A stretch of DNA of 59,114 bases, counting the filler, from Asterionella formosa (taxonomy: Eukaryota): NCBI GenBank assembly GCA_002256025.1. It is 7 parts of 7 records of this genome, joined end to end, with 100 filler letters (N's around TTAATTAATTAA, not from the genome) between each part and the next. Parts side by side here need not be neighbours in the genome. Positions count along the whole stretch, not along the records: positions 16,946 to 25,309 come from NKIB01012271.1; positions 25,410 to 33,776 come from NKIB01012272.1; positions 33,877 to 42,225 come from NKIB01012273.1; 4 more parts are not named here. The stretch is one strand, 5' to 3'. Shown piece by piece: positions 24,301 to 36,056 of the stretch; the first letter of the stretch is position 1, and each line of letters starts with the position of its first letter. Position numbers and translations under genes: made by a program. Under the pieces are notes generated by a model, which did not search any database, was not told the origin of the DNA, and was given only the letters and a program-made list of their open reading frames with translations.

Positions 24301-25309
24301 GCACACTCTGTCTGCAAATAAATAGTATCATGCATATAGGATCAATGGTATCGTACGCTAAGTGGCAAAGGATTTTCGTATATATGATATATTTTGGATC
24401 AAAATCATGATCAAGGTATACTATAACCATGATAATTTATTAATGTTTTACCAGCCTTGAAGTATAATTATAATAAGAACAGTATCATCACACAATGTAT
24501 ATCAACTGATCAACAACATTACTCATCAACTTCATAAACCTTCTCATATTATTTTCAATTCCCGTGATTGCCCGATGTAAATTATTACTACAACGCATCC
24601 TAAAATCAGCTCAACTCTATGCTATCATTTAAATTGTTTCGTCGTTAATCTATCGTAAACATGATCATAATTCAAATCACACGCAGTGTTCAAAATAGAT
24701 GGTGAAATGGATCGTAATTTAACCATCACATATAGCAATGCTATCTATTAATCTACATGCCAGCGGCCCAACGTTTCTCTCTCTCTACCTGGCTCAATGT
24801 ATATTGTTCCTGTCTCGCGCTTTCCTTCCTCTATTCTGACTCATGTGTGAGGCAGTGCCTCCTAATGTTGCGTCTCTTTTGCTGCTGTTAGTGTCACTCT
24901 AAACTCGCCAACTATTCCGTTGTTTGATCGGTTTTATTGTCCTATGCAGTTAGAGTACCAATGAGAAGGAACGACTTGTTAGCTAGACATGTTACACTGA
25001 CACAACATCACGCCATTCCATCGTATCATCTTGCTTGCTTCACTTACCACAGCCAAATCAAAGCAAATGATGCATAAGTCTGTAATAGTAGCAGTAAATT
25101 GTCAGTAGCTAAATTCTTGAATAGGTAAGTATCAGGTTGCTTTCCAATGTTGCCGAATAAAACTTACCGATTCATTTTCGTCACCTTAACTTTGAGAGAA
25201 GGTAAAATGGCGTGTCCGTCAGTTATGTTCCATCAGAAGTGAATAAGTCCAATGACAAGAGCACTTACCAATTTTGCTTTGTTTTGTTTTGTTTTACTTT
25301 ACATTGGTG

Positions 25310-25409
25310 NNNNNNNNNNNNNNNNNNNNNNNNNNNNNNNNNNNNNNNNNNNNTTAATTAATTAANNNNNNNNNNNNNNNNNNNNNNNNNNNNNNNNNNN
25401 NNNNNNNNN
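25310..25409. other. Artificial contig linker
   Basis: N44-TTAATTAATTAA-N44. Confidence 0.99.
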
Positions 25410-25445
25410 TTATGTATGCGCATCCATCAGGTACCAGGTACCTGG

Positions 25446-25642
25446 TGAGCGATCTTGCGCATCAATACAGATGTATATAGGGTTAGTGTTATATCATATA
25501 TGTATCAGAACTCAATAATGAGAGAACTCGACTAACCCTCATTGTATACTTTGGTGTCGACTTAGAGAACGAGTTACACACAAGGATTAACAAATAAGCT
25601 CATATATTCAACAAATACTACTAATTATAGTTAGATACTTCA
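25446..25642 (+). repeat. 5' LTR (197 bp)
   Basis: TGAGCG...TACTTCA; 4 visible differences from the 3' LTR over 184 bp. Confidence 0.95.
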
Positions 25643-28600
25643 CTTTGAATTCAAAAAGAGTCCAATTAGAATTAATATTGTTGATGTCCTCTCAAGTTCC
25701 AGTGGTCCCATTGATGAAGGATAACAACATAGTACTAAACATCAAGATTCAAACTTCTCAAGCCAGGTCGACATTTGGAGTCTTACAGCAAAGATATGAT
25801 CAATTGACGCTCAGGGGAAGCTTGTTTATTGATTTCCTCAGTAAATCCTGTGATATGGCTAACACATATATCTTCAGTCCAGCAGATTCCTTGCTTGTTC
25901 ACCTACTGCTACAAAAGATGACTCACAGATATCGTCTTGTTTGACTGGATCATGAGCGTTGCAATACATTCAGATGCTCAGTCCCACCATAACAGTCTCA
26001 ACAAGAAGTCATAGTGATGTGGCTGGAAGATTACCTTCTTCATGATATCTCTGAGAGTCAATAACAGTGGCTGGATGCCATGATATTACTCAATAAAACA
26101 TTTGAACATGTTTATAATCGACTTCGCTGCCTGTCTCAAGACCTTAAAGAAGCTCCTAAAACTCATGATAACTCATCCACAAGATCAAGAGGTTTCCGCC
26201 AAGGAAGATTTGAGGTTGATTGTCATTTTGTTTGATCGACAATGCGTGGCAACAAGTGTTTGAATGGAACAATGAAAAGAACACAAAATAATTGATTCGC
26301 TTGGTTTTGACTTGCTTCGAGAGTCAACAATCATTCAAAGATCAACTCAAGCACATCCTCAAGCATGAGTTCTACCATAAGCCAAAATCGACTTCGCATT
26401 GCTGACGGCAATCGTGTTACGTCGAGAGAACGCGCGTGCCTGGTGTCAATTTTCTAACACAAAATCGTAAATAAATAGTTGAAGTTGAAGACAATTCCAT
26501 GACGCATCAAGAAAATAAGCGTGACTGGTGTCAATTTTAACAAAAGATCGTCTTCGCATTGCTAAATACAGTCTTGTGATGTATCAAGAGTACAAACACC
26601 ATTTCAAGCGTAAATTTGTACATGATAATTTTATACTCAGTGGCAATGGCCGGGCACATGCATTTTAATGCAACCGACCACGCATGGGATATGAAACAAC
26701 GGTCAAACATAAGGTTTATGGAGTTAACATTACTAACACTAATAACCTTGTTCCTGTTCGGACTCCTGTTCCTGTTCCTCTGGCGTAGAAATTCTACACG
26801 AAGCAAATTATCATACTAACACAGCTAACTCTATTCATGTTTTTTTCTTCCGTGCATGTTTTATACAAGCAAATCCATGGGTTAACCCTATGATGATGTC
26901 TGGTTAGGGTGCTATGCCGAGGGCCATACCTGCCAACTATTATGAATCTGCCCAGGAAATTTTAGTGGTCATGAACCCTCCTGTTGGTCAGTTAGTGGCC
27001 GATGTGCCTAATAAAAAATCAGCAGAATGCTGAACAGATCGCCTTAACAGAAGTATGTGCGACAATAGCAACAATGCTATGATTTTAATAATATACATAT
27101 ATATATATATATATATTTATGAGCGACAGCACATTGAATATGTCTTACGTCAATCATTACCTGAATAACTTTTCTTATTTACAGGATAATTACAGGTTGG
27201 ATATCACCGCTATTGTAACACAGGATATTTTAAAATGCAAAGAATGCATAAGCTTAATTGCATTTCATTCTCATCTCATAAGCAACCCAAGCAAGGACTG
27301 GTGGCTGCGTTGTATATGCATGTCATAAGATGAATATTATTTGATTGCTGTGGGCCTTGATTTTTAACTTATGAATGGATTGTAATTCAGGACATTTCGT
27401 TGTAAAATCGAACATTTATAATTAATATATACCATGCATAGCAGGTATGATCCCATCTTTCCTTCTTTTGCCAGTACTCCGCATGATGCTCCCAAAATTT
27501 AATCCGTCAGCTTGTATCTTGCAACAGAAGTACCTTTTCTGCGAGTTTGACGATTTGTCCAGCTGATTAATTTATGATGGATAATTTACAAATACCATGT
27601 CCTGTCTGTATGGTGGATATATCAGTGTTTTTCTGCATGTCATGCATTCCTATAATGATACACACAAAACATTTGCACAATGTTTTGTTATATTTTGATA
27701 CAGCCACCTATCAAGGATTATGTTTACACATGGAACGTTCATGCTCCTAACTATACAGATACGGAAATATGCTGTTTTGGCAGAAGTCCTCCAGCACCAT
27801 TCTATATGAAATGGTCTGTTAAAGAAACTGACTCATTGGGATATCGATAAACTCCAACCGACACTTCAAATTTTGGTCTTCAAAACTTAAAACAGGATTG
27901 AAATGGAACTAGTCCATTTGTATGGTTACCTATGCATACATCAACAAACTTTTGCATCAATGAAAGCATTGTTAGTTGCAGATACACTCATGCGTTATCC
28001 TGATCGTAATTTTCCTTTCCATTTTTTTACTAATGTTTCTGATTTTCAATTAAGAAACTTTCAAAGAATTTCGCTCTATGTCCTTGAATGCGGTTCTACA
28101 TGTTGACACTGAACATCATATTTTTATCTTTATTACCCTACACAGAAACTCAGCGTGTTCTCAGGTAGAGGATTTATATTGAAGAATATCTTCTCACTTT
28201 TCACAATATGAAGGGTACTGATAATGTCAAATATTACAGATTCTATCTCTCGCCTCCCGAGGCTTGAGTCGTTGGTGGGGGATGATATTGGACCGAAATC
28301 TTCCGCATCAACATCCATTTCTACTTTCTCAATTGAAGTAGATGATGAACCTTTGTTTACCTGTTCCCTCAATCATCCAATTTTGGCAGACAATATTCAA
28401 TATCCTCTGGATTATAACTCCATACATGATAGACAATTGCTAGATATACAATTGATTCTCAATCAAATAACTCATCTCATTCTCAATCAACAAACCAAAC
28501 ACATCCGTTAAAATTTCCCTCTATCAATTTTCATCATATGCATTTAATATATTTTGTGAAGAATCCAGGAGATACTTTGACGTATTGTTATTCCTACATC

Positions 28601-29614
28601 ACTATCGAATCCTATTATTTATTGGTATCATCAGATGTTAGCTCATGTGCGTATGACAAGATGAGATGCCACATTTTCTACACATTTTTACTATCCTCCA
28701 TTAAGAGCAAGAGTGGAACATATTGCAAGCATATATGAAACATGTCAAAACGTACAAAATTACCTGATGCTTGGTTTTGGTGAACTTCCAACAAGGAATG
28801 CATTGTTATTACAATGCTCAGAAGTCACAGTGGATTTCATTGGTCCATGGAAGATAACAGTGACTGCACAAGCGATTGAATTTCATGCTCCAACTTGAGT
28901 TAACACAGTCACCAATTTACCAGAAATTTCACACATCAATAATAAGACATCAGAATATATTGCGATGAAATTTAAAAATGATTGGTTAGACAGATATCTC
29001 CGTCCAGAAGGTTGTATACATGACTATGGAGGTCAATTTACTGGTATTCCTTTCATACACATGTAAGTGTTGAATGGAATTAAAATTGGGACCATTACAG
29101 TCAAGAATCCACAAACAAATGCTCTCCGTAACGTTTACATCAATCTATCAGTAACAGTCTATGTATGAGTTATGTTAAAGGCTCATCCTCCAATCAAGGA
29201 ATTTCAAGTTCAGAATATTGTGGATACCAGTTTGCTGCATCATATGCAGCTCGAGCTACAATTTATGGTACATTGTGTATTTTCACCAGGAACATGGGTT
29301 TTCCAACATGATTTGATTACAGATATGTAATTGATATTGGGATATCAATGTCGATAAGTGATAATTGACAAATGACTACTTCGTGATAATGTCCGCCGTT
29401 GTTCTTGCAATTACAAAGTTCTTGATGAGGTTTTAATCCTATTAGATAATCCTACTACCTTGGATAACCATGGACGAGGTCCTTATTCTATTTATTCAAG
29501 TACATGCCAATGGTACAGTTACTTTTCAACAAACTATGCATACTACGGAACGAATTAATATTCATTACATCAAACCTTTTCAAAGGTAAAAGGTTTTCCC
29601 TTGGTGTGGGAGAG

Positions 29615-29798
29615 TGAGCGATCTTGCGCATCGACACAGATGTATATAGGGTTAGTGTTATATCATATATGTATCAGAACTCAATAATGAGAGAACTCGA
29701 CTAACCCTCATTGTATACTTTGGTGTCGACTTAGAGAACGAGTTACACACAAGGATTAACAAATAAGCTCATATATTCAACAAATACTACTACTTCTA
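29615..29798 (+). repeat. 3' LTR, lacking the last 13 bp
   Basis: Matches the 5' LTR up to TACTTCTA and then diverges. Confidence 0.93.
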
Positions 29799-30363
29799 CT
29801 GTACAAAAGTATTGAATGCAGGGAGTCATTGAATACCGTTGGGATGTGCGTATCCGGTACATAATAGGCATTATCGACGTTCGACGTCATCACGACTGTT
29901 GTGGTCGTGAACAATGCTTTGAATAATCATCAGACAACGGCATTGCACACATATTCATGCCATTAAAGGTCATTCTACCGGTATTGTGAATCATTATTAT
30001 TGTATGTACCTTAAATGTACTAATGGTCGGTTCGGGTCTTACCTTCAAATGATAAATTCAACCAGGTATAGTAAGGAGTATTTGATATGTAATGCCTGAT
30101 GTTGTATTCGTTATGTCGTAACGATTTTCATTATGGACATATATGAAAAGAAAGGTCGTGCAGGTTTGATAAAAAAATATTCACCATGGCTGGCCGGCTG
30201 GCCCAAAGAAAATAGCGGTACTTTATTCTGCTCCCGATTGTGAAAGTTTGAGAGATGTGAAGTCGCGGCAAGATTGAAATAAAAAACCCATCGGACCCAA
30301 TGCCAGTTCGTGTCGTCATTTGAACTATGTACAGAAACAGTGCATCTTGTTACATTTGTACAG
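29799..30363. mobile_element. Possible MITE abutting the truncated LTR
   Basis: Imperfect inverted ends CTGTACAAAAGTA...ATGCA / TGCAT...TACATTTGTACAG, with TA on both flanks. Confidence 0.4.
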
Positions 30364-30840
30364 TACTGGATACGAATTAATTTATGCGACTGCCAGGTAC
30401 CAGGTAGTTGAAATCACCGGCTACTATGTTACATACGATACTTTCTCTTTTTTTAGACTTATATGCCAGTAGACTAGACCTAATGTTTATTTCAAAGGTG
30501 ATGTGGTTTTGAAAAATATGATAAAGACCTCGCGGAAAACGTCATAGAATGAACTGGTACCTCGTAAAACACTTTTATCTTATACTCTAGGGGCAATAGA
30601 CTCAGAGGTAAAGTAAGTCGCCCCATGTTATCCTTCACTAATACAAGACAAGCGCTTTTAATTCGTTGGGAAGTCGACTCCGTTCACAACATACAAAAAA
30701 AGAAGATGTGCACCTTTGTTCAAGATACTTGGTACTTGACACTTGGTACTTGGTACTAGGTTTAGATCCTCCTTGCAAAAACATAAAAAAACATTTGCAA
30801 ACGGAGTTATCCAGTACGTTTACTAGATCGCAAAGTGAAA

Positions 30841-31503
30841 ATGAAGATCTTTATATGCGTCCTCCTCTTTCCTTGGGGCGCCGCAGCCGATTGCAACCTC
30901 CGCGGTCTCATGCAGCGCATTTTCAACACCCAGGCAGCAGATTGGAACCTCCGCCGTCTTGCTGGTGGTGGCGGCATGGAGGGCGGCGGCATGGGAACCG
31001 TCCCTCCCACACCAGGCTCTCCCATCGCAAGCTTTACTGACACAGGCGCTAAAGTCACAGCGGTACCATCATTGACTCCCCTTCCCACATCAGCGCCAGT
31101 CGCAAGCCCTACAGTCTCAAGCTCTAAAATCACAAGTGTACCATTGACGCCCTCTCCCATATCAACTTCAGCTATTCAAGTGACACATGCTGGCGGCATG
31201 GGTGGTGGTGGCGGCGGCATGGGAGGAGGTTTAGGCGGCGGCATGGGTGGTACTTCTCAACCTGTCACACTGTCACCGACCAACGAAGGTGAAACTCGCG
31301 CACCAGTTGTGACCCCAAAGCCAAAGAAGGGAAAAAAGACAAATGCACCAGTCACACTGTCACCAACCAACGAAGGTGAAACTCGTGCACCGGTCGTGAC
31401 TAGAAAGCCAAAGAAGACGAAGAAACCCAAGATCACTCAAGCGCCTTCCTCTTTCCCTTCTAAAGATGGAGATGTAAATTTTTCCGAAGCTCCTTCCTTC
31501 TAG
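30841..31503 (+). CDS. Secreted low-complexity Gly/Met-, Pro/Thr- and Lys-rich protein (silaffin-like / cell-wall-associated candidate, 220 aa)
   Basis: Signal-peptide-like start MKIFICVLLFPWGAAA; NLRGL and NLRRL (RxL) motifs; GGMGG runs; duplicated PVTLSPTNEGETRAPVVT; KPKKGKK / KPKKTKKPK clusters. Confidence 0.8.
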   Translation: MKIFICVLLFPWGAAADCNLRGLMQRIFNTQAADWNLRRLAGGGGMEGGGMGTVPPTPGSPIASFTDTGAKVTAVPSLTPLPTSAPVASPTVSSSKITSVPLTPSPISTSAIQVTHAGGMGGGGGGMGGGLGGGMGGTSQPVTLSPTNEGETRAPVVTPKPKKGKKTNAPVTLSPTNEGETRAPVVTRKPKKTKKPKITQAPSSFPSKDGDVNFSEAPSF

Positions 31504-31807
31504 CCAACGCAATTGTCCAATGATTTGTGCTGAATCTGGCCGCCTTCAACAAATCAGTCTGTCTCTGCGCATACCCTTTGTTAGTTCCCAACACTGCACA
31601 TTCGACTAAGGGTGCCGAGCCCCTTTATGGTAAAAGAAGTCTTTTCGATTCTGCATCTTTTGTTATCCTACTCCATTGTACGGCAAGCGAAAATTCGGAT
31701 ATAAAGTAAATTATTTCATTTTTATTGATCAGCTCTGTTAAAGTGAGCTCATCTACATAGTTACTATGACTTTAAGTCAAATGATTCAATTGAGTCAACT
31801 TTGATGG

Positions 31808-32953
31808 TGTACCAAGCTCTCATCAACCACATTTTGAACGATGTTACTCCAGTTATAATGAGCTGGACAATATACCGGTAAGCTTTTTTGGAAGACTGAT
31901 AGTTTGAAATGAATGATCAATGGTTTTAAACCTATGATCAGTAAGTGTGAGATAGACATGAGTCTATCTATGACTGTACGTTTCTAGAATTTCAAGCAGC
32001 ATTTGGAGAATAGTCCGTTTGTCTATTCAAACCAAAGAACCTCAACTAGCTGAGTAACTCACAATAAGAATATAGAAATGAAAGAGAAACAAACTTCTCT
32101 TTCTATAGCCTTCTTTGTCTACCAATAGTGATCAATCTAAAAAGGTAATACTTGAACCTGTTTATAAATGGAATTAAGTTTTCAACATGTCAACAGAGAT
32201 GTCTGAAGAAAGCATGAGGCTCATCAAGTTTGATGGGAATAAACAAATTGGTATTAGTGGAACATGAAGATGCTTGCTCTTGCCAAGGCCAGATGATTCC
32301 AAATGATGTACTCGAAGAACTACAACACATGTTCTGACAATGAGCATGAAGTCGAGACAGACAAGGAAGTCAAGGCAATCTACAAGGCTTACCAGTTGTA
32401 CATCATGGTGAGCTGCTCCAGAATTGTCTTCGGACTTGTAAATCAAGCAAAAACGAAAATGTTGATCGATGGTGATGCATACATGGCATGGAAGAACCTC
32501 AAAGCGAGGTATGCCCCCCATTATCATGCTTGTTGAACATAATATATATATATAGAAATAAAAAAATTTATTTATGACGTCGTTCTTCCGATTTCGACAT
32601 CAAGCATGGCATAAAAACGGATTCTGGATTCCGTTCTATGGTACACTCATATGTGGAATTTATTGTATGTAGCCTGTTCATATCTGACCTACGTAAATGT
32701 CAAGTGTCCGGTAAAACTGTTATGCAACTCATCAACAACACATTCAACATTGTTACTCCAGCTAAAATGAGCCACACAGTATAAGTTTTTTTGGAAGACG
32801 GATAGTTTGAAATGAATGATCAATGGTTATAAACCTATGATTGGTAGTAAGTGTGAGATAGACATGGGTCTATCTATGAATTTATGTTTCCAGAAAAGCA
32901 AACAACATTTGGAGAATATTTTGTTTGACTATTCAAACCAAACAATCTCAATA
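31808..32953 (+). mobile_element. Old Ty1/copia (CoDi-like) remnant: LTR-like repeat ~31808-32143, gag fragment, second partial LTR-like copy ~32718-32953
   Basis: Two diverged direct repeats sharing GATAGTTTGAAATGAATGATCAATGGTT and AGTAAGTGTGAGATAGACATG flank a gag fragment. Confidence 0.7.
32187..32530 (+). pseudogene. Copia-type gag N-terminal fragment
   Basis: MRLIKFDGNK..., then FGLVNQAKTKMLIDGDAYMAWKNLKARYAP, typical of copia gag; frameshifted and truncated. Confidence 0.75.
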
Positions 32954-33776
32954 AGGGTGGTGACTCGAGTACCAAGTTTGGCTGCCTCATAATGTCCAAC
33001 CTCCATGACCCTGGTTGCCTTGCCAAGTTTATGCCGCATGTTGTTTCCAGCCGCTTCCAATGCCATTGTAACTCCATCCCAAACTGTAATGGTTTCCCCA
33101 CAACTTTCCATTATTTCTGAATTTGGTCCACCTAGCTAACTTGTTCCCAACTGTTCCAATCTTATCAAACACCTTATGACCTGTTTTATCAGACCAGCTC
33201 CTGGACTATTGCACAGTGCGTTTACACTTTTAGGTAGTTTTGTTTCCAGCTCTCTCACCGTTTGTGTGATAGTATTCTAGTGTCTCATCATTGTTAAGCC
33301 TTGCTACCGAAAAGTGCTCATTATTCTCCCACATGCGTGTCATCAGAATAATGCGCAGACCTCTGCCTGTTCCAATGTCTGTACCTGTTACCATGCCGCA
33401 AACCTCCTTAGCTGGAAGCACGCCGTGATGAATTTTACTTAGGTCTGGTTTTAGGTAAATCTCTTGATTGTCCTGGACCCCCTTAAGTAAAATCAGTCAA
33501 ATTCAGTCACAGCACTGTACATTGGGGGGTCCAGGACAGTGCAGTATACGGTACACTCCTTCGTGCTCGTCGTCCTACTCCATCGTTCCCTCTTTCATTG
33601 CATATACCGTTACATTAGGGTCCAGCCACATCATCACATACTACCGGTACATGTAATACGACTGCCGTACGTCCACTTCCTAACAGGCAAAAACCGCCAC
33701 CAGTAGGCGATTAAAATAATATTGTAACCATCATCTCAATCAAAGCCTGATAAAAACTTGCCAATTTATTTTACAC

Positions 33777-33876
33777 NNNNNNNNNNNNNNNNNNNNNNNN
33801 NNNNNNNNNNNNNNNNNNNNTTAATTAATTAANNNNNNNNNNNNNNNNNNNNNNNNNNNNNNNNNNNNNNNNNNNN
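33777..33876. other. Artificial contig linker
   Basis: N44-TTAATTAATTAA-N44. Confidence 0.99.
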
Positions 33877-34880
33877 CTATAGACAAGTTGTCTAGCAATA
33901 GTGCAGCTGAATTTGCTGCGATTCGTCTAATTTACAATCAGCTTTGCGGTGACAATCGCATTTTTTCAATCATGTTGCTTGCTTCCAAGTTGAAGCACTT
34001 CTTGGGACATGATGTTAATTTGAGCATCATGCAACAGCCTGTAGCTCACTGCTGTACATCACAAAGCATCATGTATCATATTGTATCACTCACAAGGCAC
34101 AAAAGCAACATGTGCTATGTAGCTACTGAGTTGTGTCACCATGCAGCAGTATCTCCGGTATGTAAACATACAGTGCATTTCTTGAAGGGTCACATATCAT
34201 AAACAAACATTTATTTCGATTTTTCGGTCAGTCTCATGCAAACTGATAAAGGTGCACAAACCATCTGTTTACACACCAATGGCAGCAGCAGGCATTGGAC
34301 AGTGGTATTGTTGGGCATTTCAATGTCTGAAGAGACGATTGCTCCTCTTGGTTTTTTCGAAGGAGTACCTGACACCAAGATCCAGAGGTAATTCAACAAT
34401 CAACAATCAACAATCAACAGTTTCTTGCCTATCCTCAGGAAATGGTTTATTGTTGTCAGGCAAAGGCGTGGGTCGATGAGTCAGCGTTTGGGCTTGGGAT
34501 TTGGGAAGTTTCGAAGCCATGGACAATCAGCCATGATTCTCAACCAAGCTACCTGCTAATGGACAAGGTCCAGGTGCATTTGACAGCAACAAGCCTCAAT
34601 GCAACAATAAAGGACTGTGGAACTTTTATGGGTTTCATTTGTGAAGGTACACCTACAAACTTCAAGTTTTTAAGTTGAGGTAAACAAGCCCTTTAAAAGG
34701 TTTGATAGGGATGCCCATAAGGACTGGATGGTTGCCCATCCTCATGGCACAAGAAAGTCAAATGACAGGATGTTACTCTGTGGTTCTGGACAGATTAGGA
34801 GAAGGTCTCTGAATCTACCATTTTAAACACTTGGAATTCAGTCGGTTTCATTGACTGCTGTGACCATGTATATAGATATA

Positions 34881-34942
34881 GGGGAATGGCTTAGTCGTTA
34901 GCACACATGTTGTGGTGGCAGGTTCGATTCCTGCATTCTCCA
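34881..34942 (+). ncRNA. tRNA-like head (not a functional tRNA: shortened anticodon arm)
   Basis: Acceptor stem GGGGAAT/ATTCTCC, D stem GCT/AGC, T arm GCAGG-TTCGATT-CCTGC; only 62 nt with no 7-nt anticodon loop. Confidence 0.6.
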
Positions 34943-35132
34943 CCTGTCTTTTTCATGTAGTCCCTACTAGGATTCCGGGGGGTGCAGCTGACGAAAAGAC
35001 AGGTCCTGTTGTACCCTACAAACAAATAAAACCTGTACTAATTGTGTCCATTTATTCATTTATTTGGGCACGAGTGCGATTATTGGATAGCTTTAACATA
35101 GCTACTATAAGATTTGATTGATAATTTTTTTC
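34881..35132 (+). mobile_element. tRNA-derived SINE-like retroposon (252 bp) with a 19-bp TSD
   Basis: Exact direct repeats GACCATGTATATAGATATA at 34862-34880 and 35133-35151. The insert starts with a tRNA-like fold carrying an A box (TGGCTTAGTCG) and a B box (GGTTCGATTCC). Confidence 0.8.
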
Positions 35133-36056
35133 GACCATGTATATAGATATAAAGATACCAAGTATGTTCATACTAGTATTGGCAAGGCTATCAGGGCGGA
35201 GGGGGTAGTGGTTCTTGTGTCTGTTCATCCATGTATATACTTCATAGGCATAAGAGTCATTCAGAAAATCTATTTGTATTCACAAGTTGAAGTAATTGTC
35301 AGCAAATCCTAGTCATTGTCAGCAGGTTCTTAATGTTGAAAGAGATGATCCCTGTTTGTATTCTGAAGCTAGAAGACTGTTTGCTAAACTGGTTCATCAG
35401 TCTGCAAATCTTAGTCATGTTCAGAGACTGATTCTGCAAATTGTCATCTGTCGATAAGCATAACATTTTTCTAAATTACTTAAGGAATATTATTTCCATC
35501 GAAAGCTGGCCTATCTTGTCCAGCAGGCATGGGACAAATCATTGGGAGTGAGTTGAAAATGACAAGGTGTGGTGCTAGTACCAGACCTTCCGGGTTTACT
35601 ACAGGTACACGTACCAGCCATTGGACTACCGGTATGCATTGTAGATTACCTTAGATTACCGGTGCCTGCAAATATAAACTCGGAGTCGACATCAGGTCGT
35701 GGAAAGCTAGCAGGCATCTCGCCGTGCCTGCGGCCAAGGTCTCTGAGTTTATGGCGCGCGGCCGGTAAGCAATGTGAAGCATCGTCCTCATCCATCTTGT
35801 GTTCAGCCATGAGCATCATGAAATATGGGTCCCAACGCAGTATTGGTACTACCGTACATAGAGAGAAGCATCGCGTCCAGTTGTTGCTTGTTGAGCCATC
35901 TCCAAATCGGGGCTTGTGGAACGATAATTACTGTATGCACCATTCACCAATTCTTACTTTTTCTTCCGTCGTCAGGAATAGCCAAGAAAGACACTTATGT
36001 TAGCACTAGTCCCTCGTTTCACATCTTTCATTCCAATTTAATGCGGGCAGTGTTGT

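Larger units (their letters stand above)
25446..29798 (+). mobile_element. Near-complete degenerate Ty3/Gypsy LTR retrotransposon (~4.35 kb, non-autonomous)
   Basis: Paired LTRs and a PPT at 29603-29614. Remnants are in RT-RNase H-integrase order (KETDSLGY; ADTLMRYPDRNFPFHFFTNVSDFQL; EVTVDFIGPWKITV; TTVKNPQTNA), all broken by stops and frameshifts. Confidence 0.93.

Noticed and set aside
34881..34942. Functional tRNA gene
   Set aside because: Only 62 nt, no proper 7-nt anticodon loop, and embedded in a TSD-flanked insertion.
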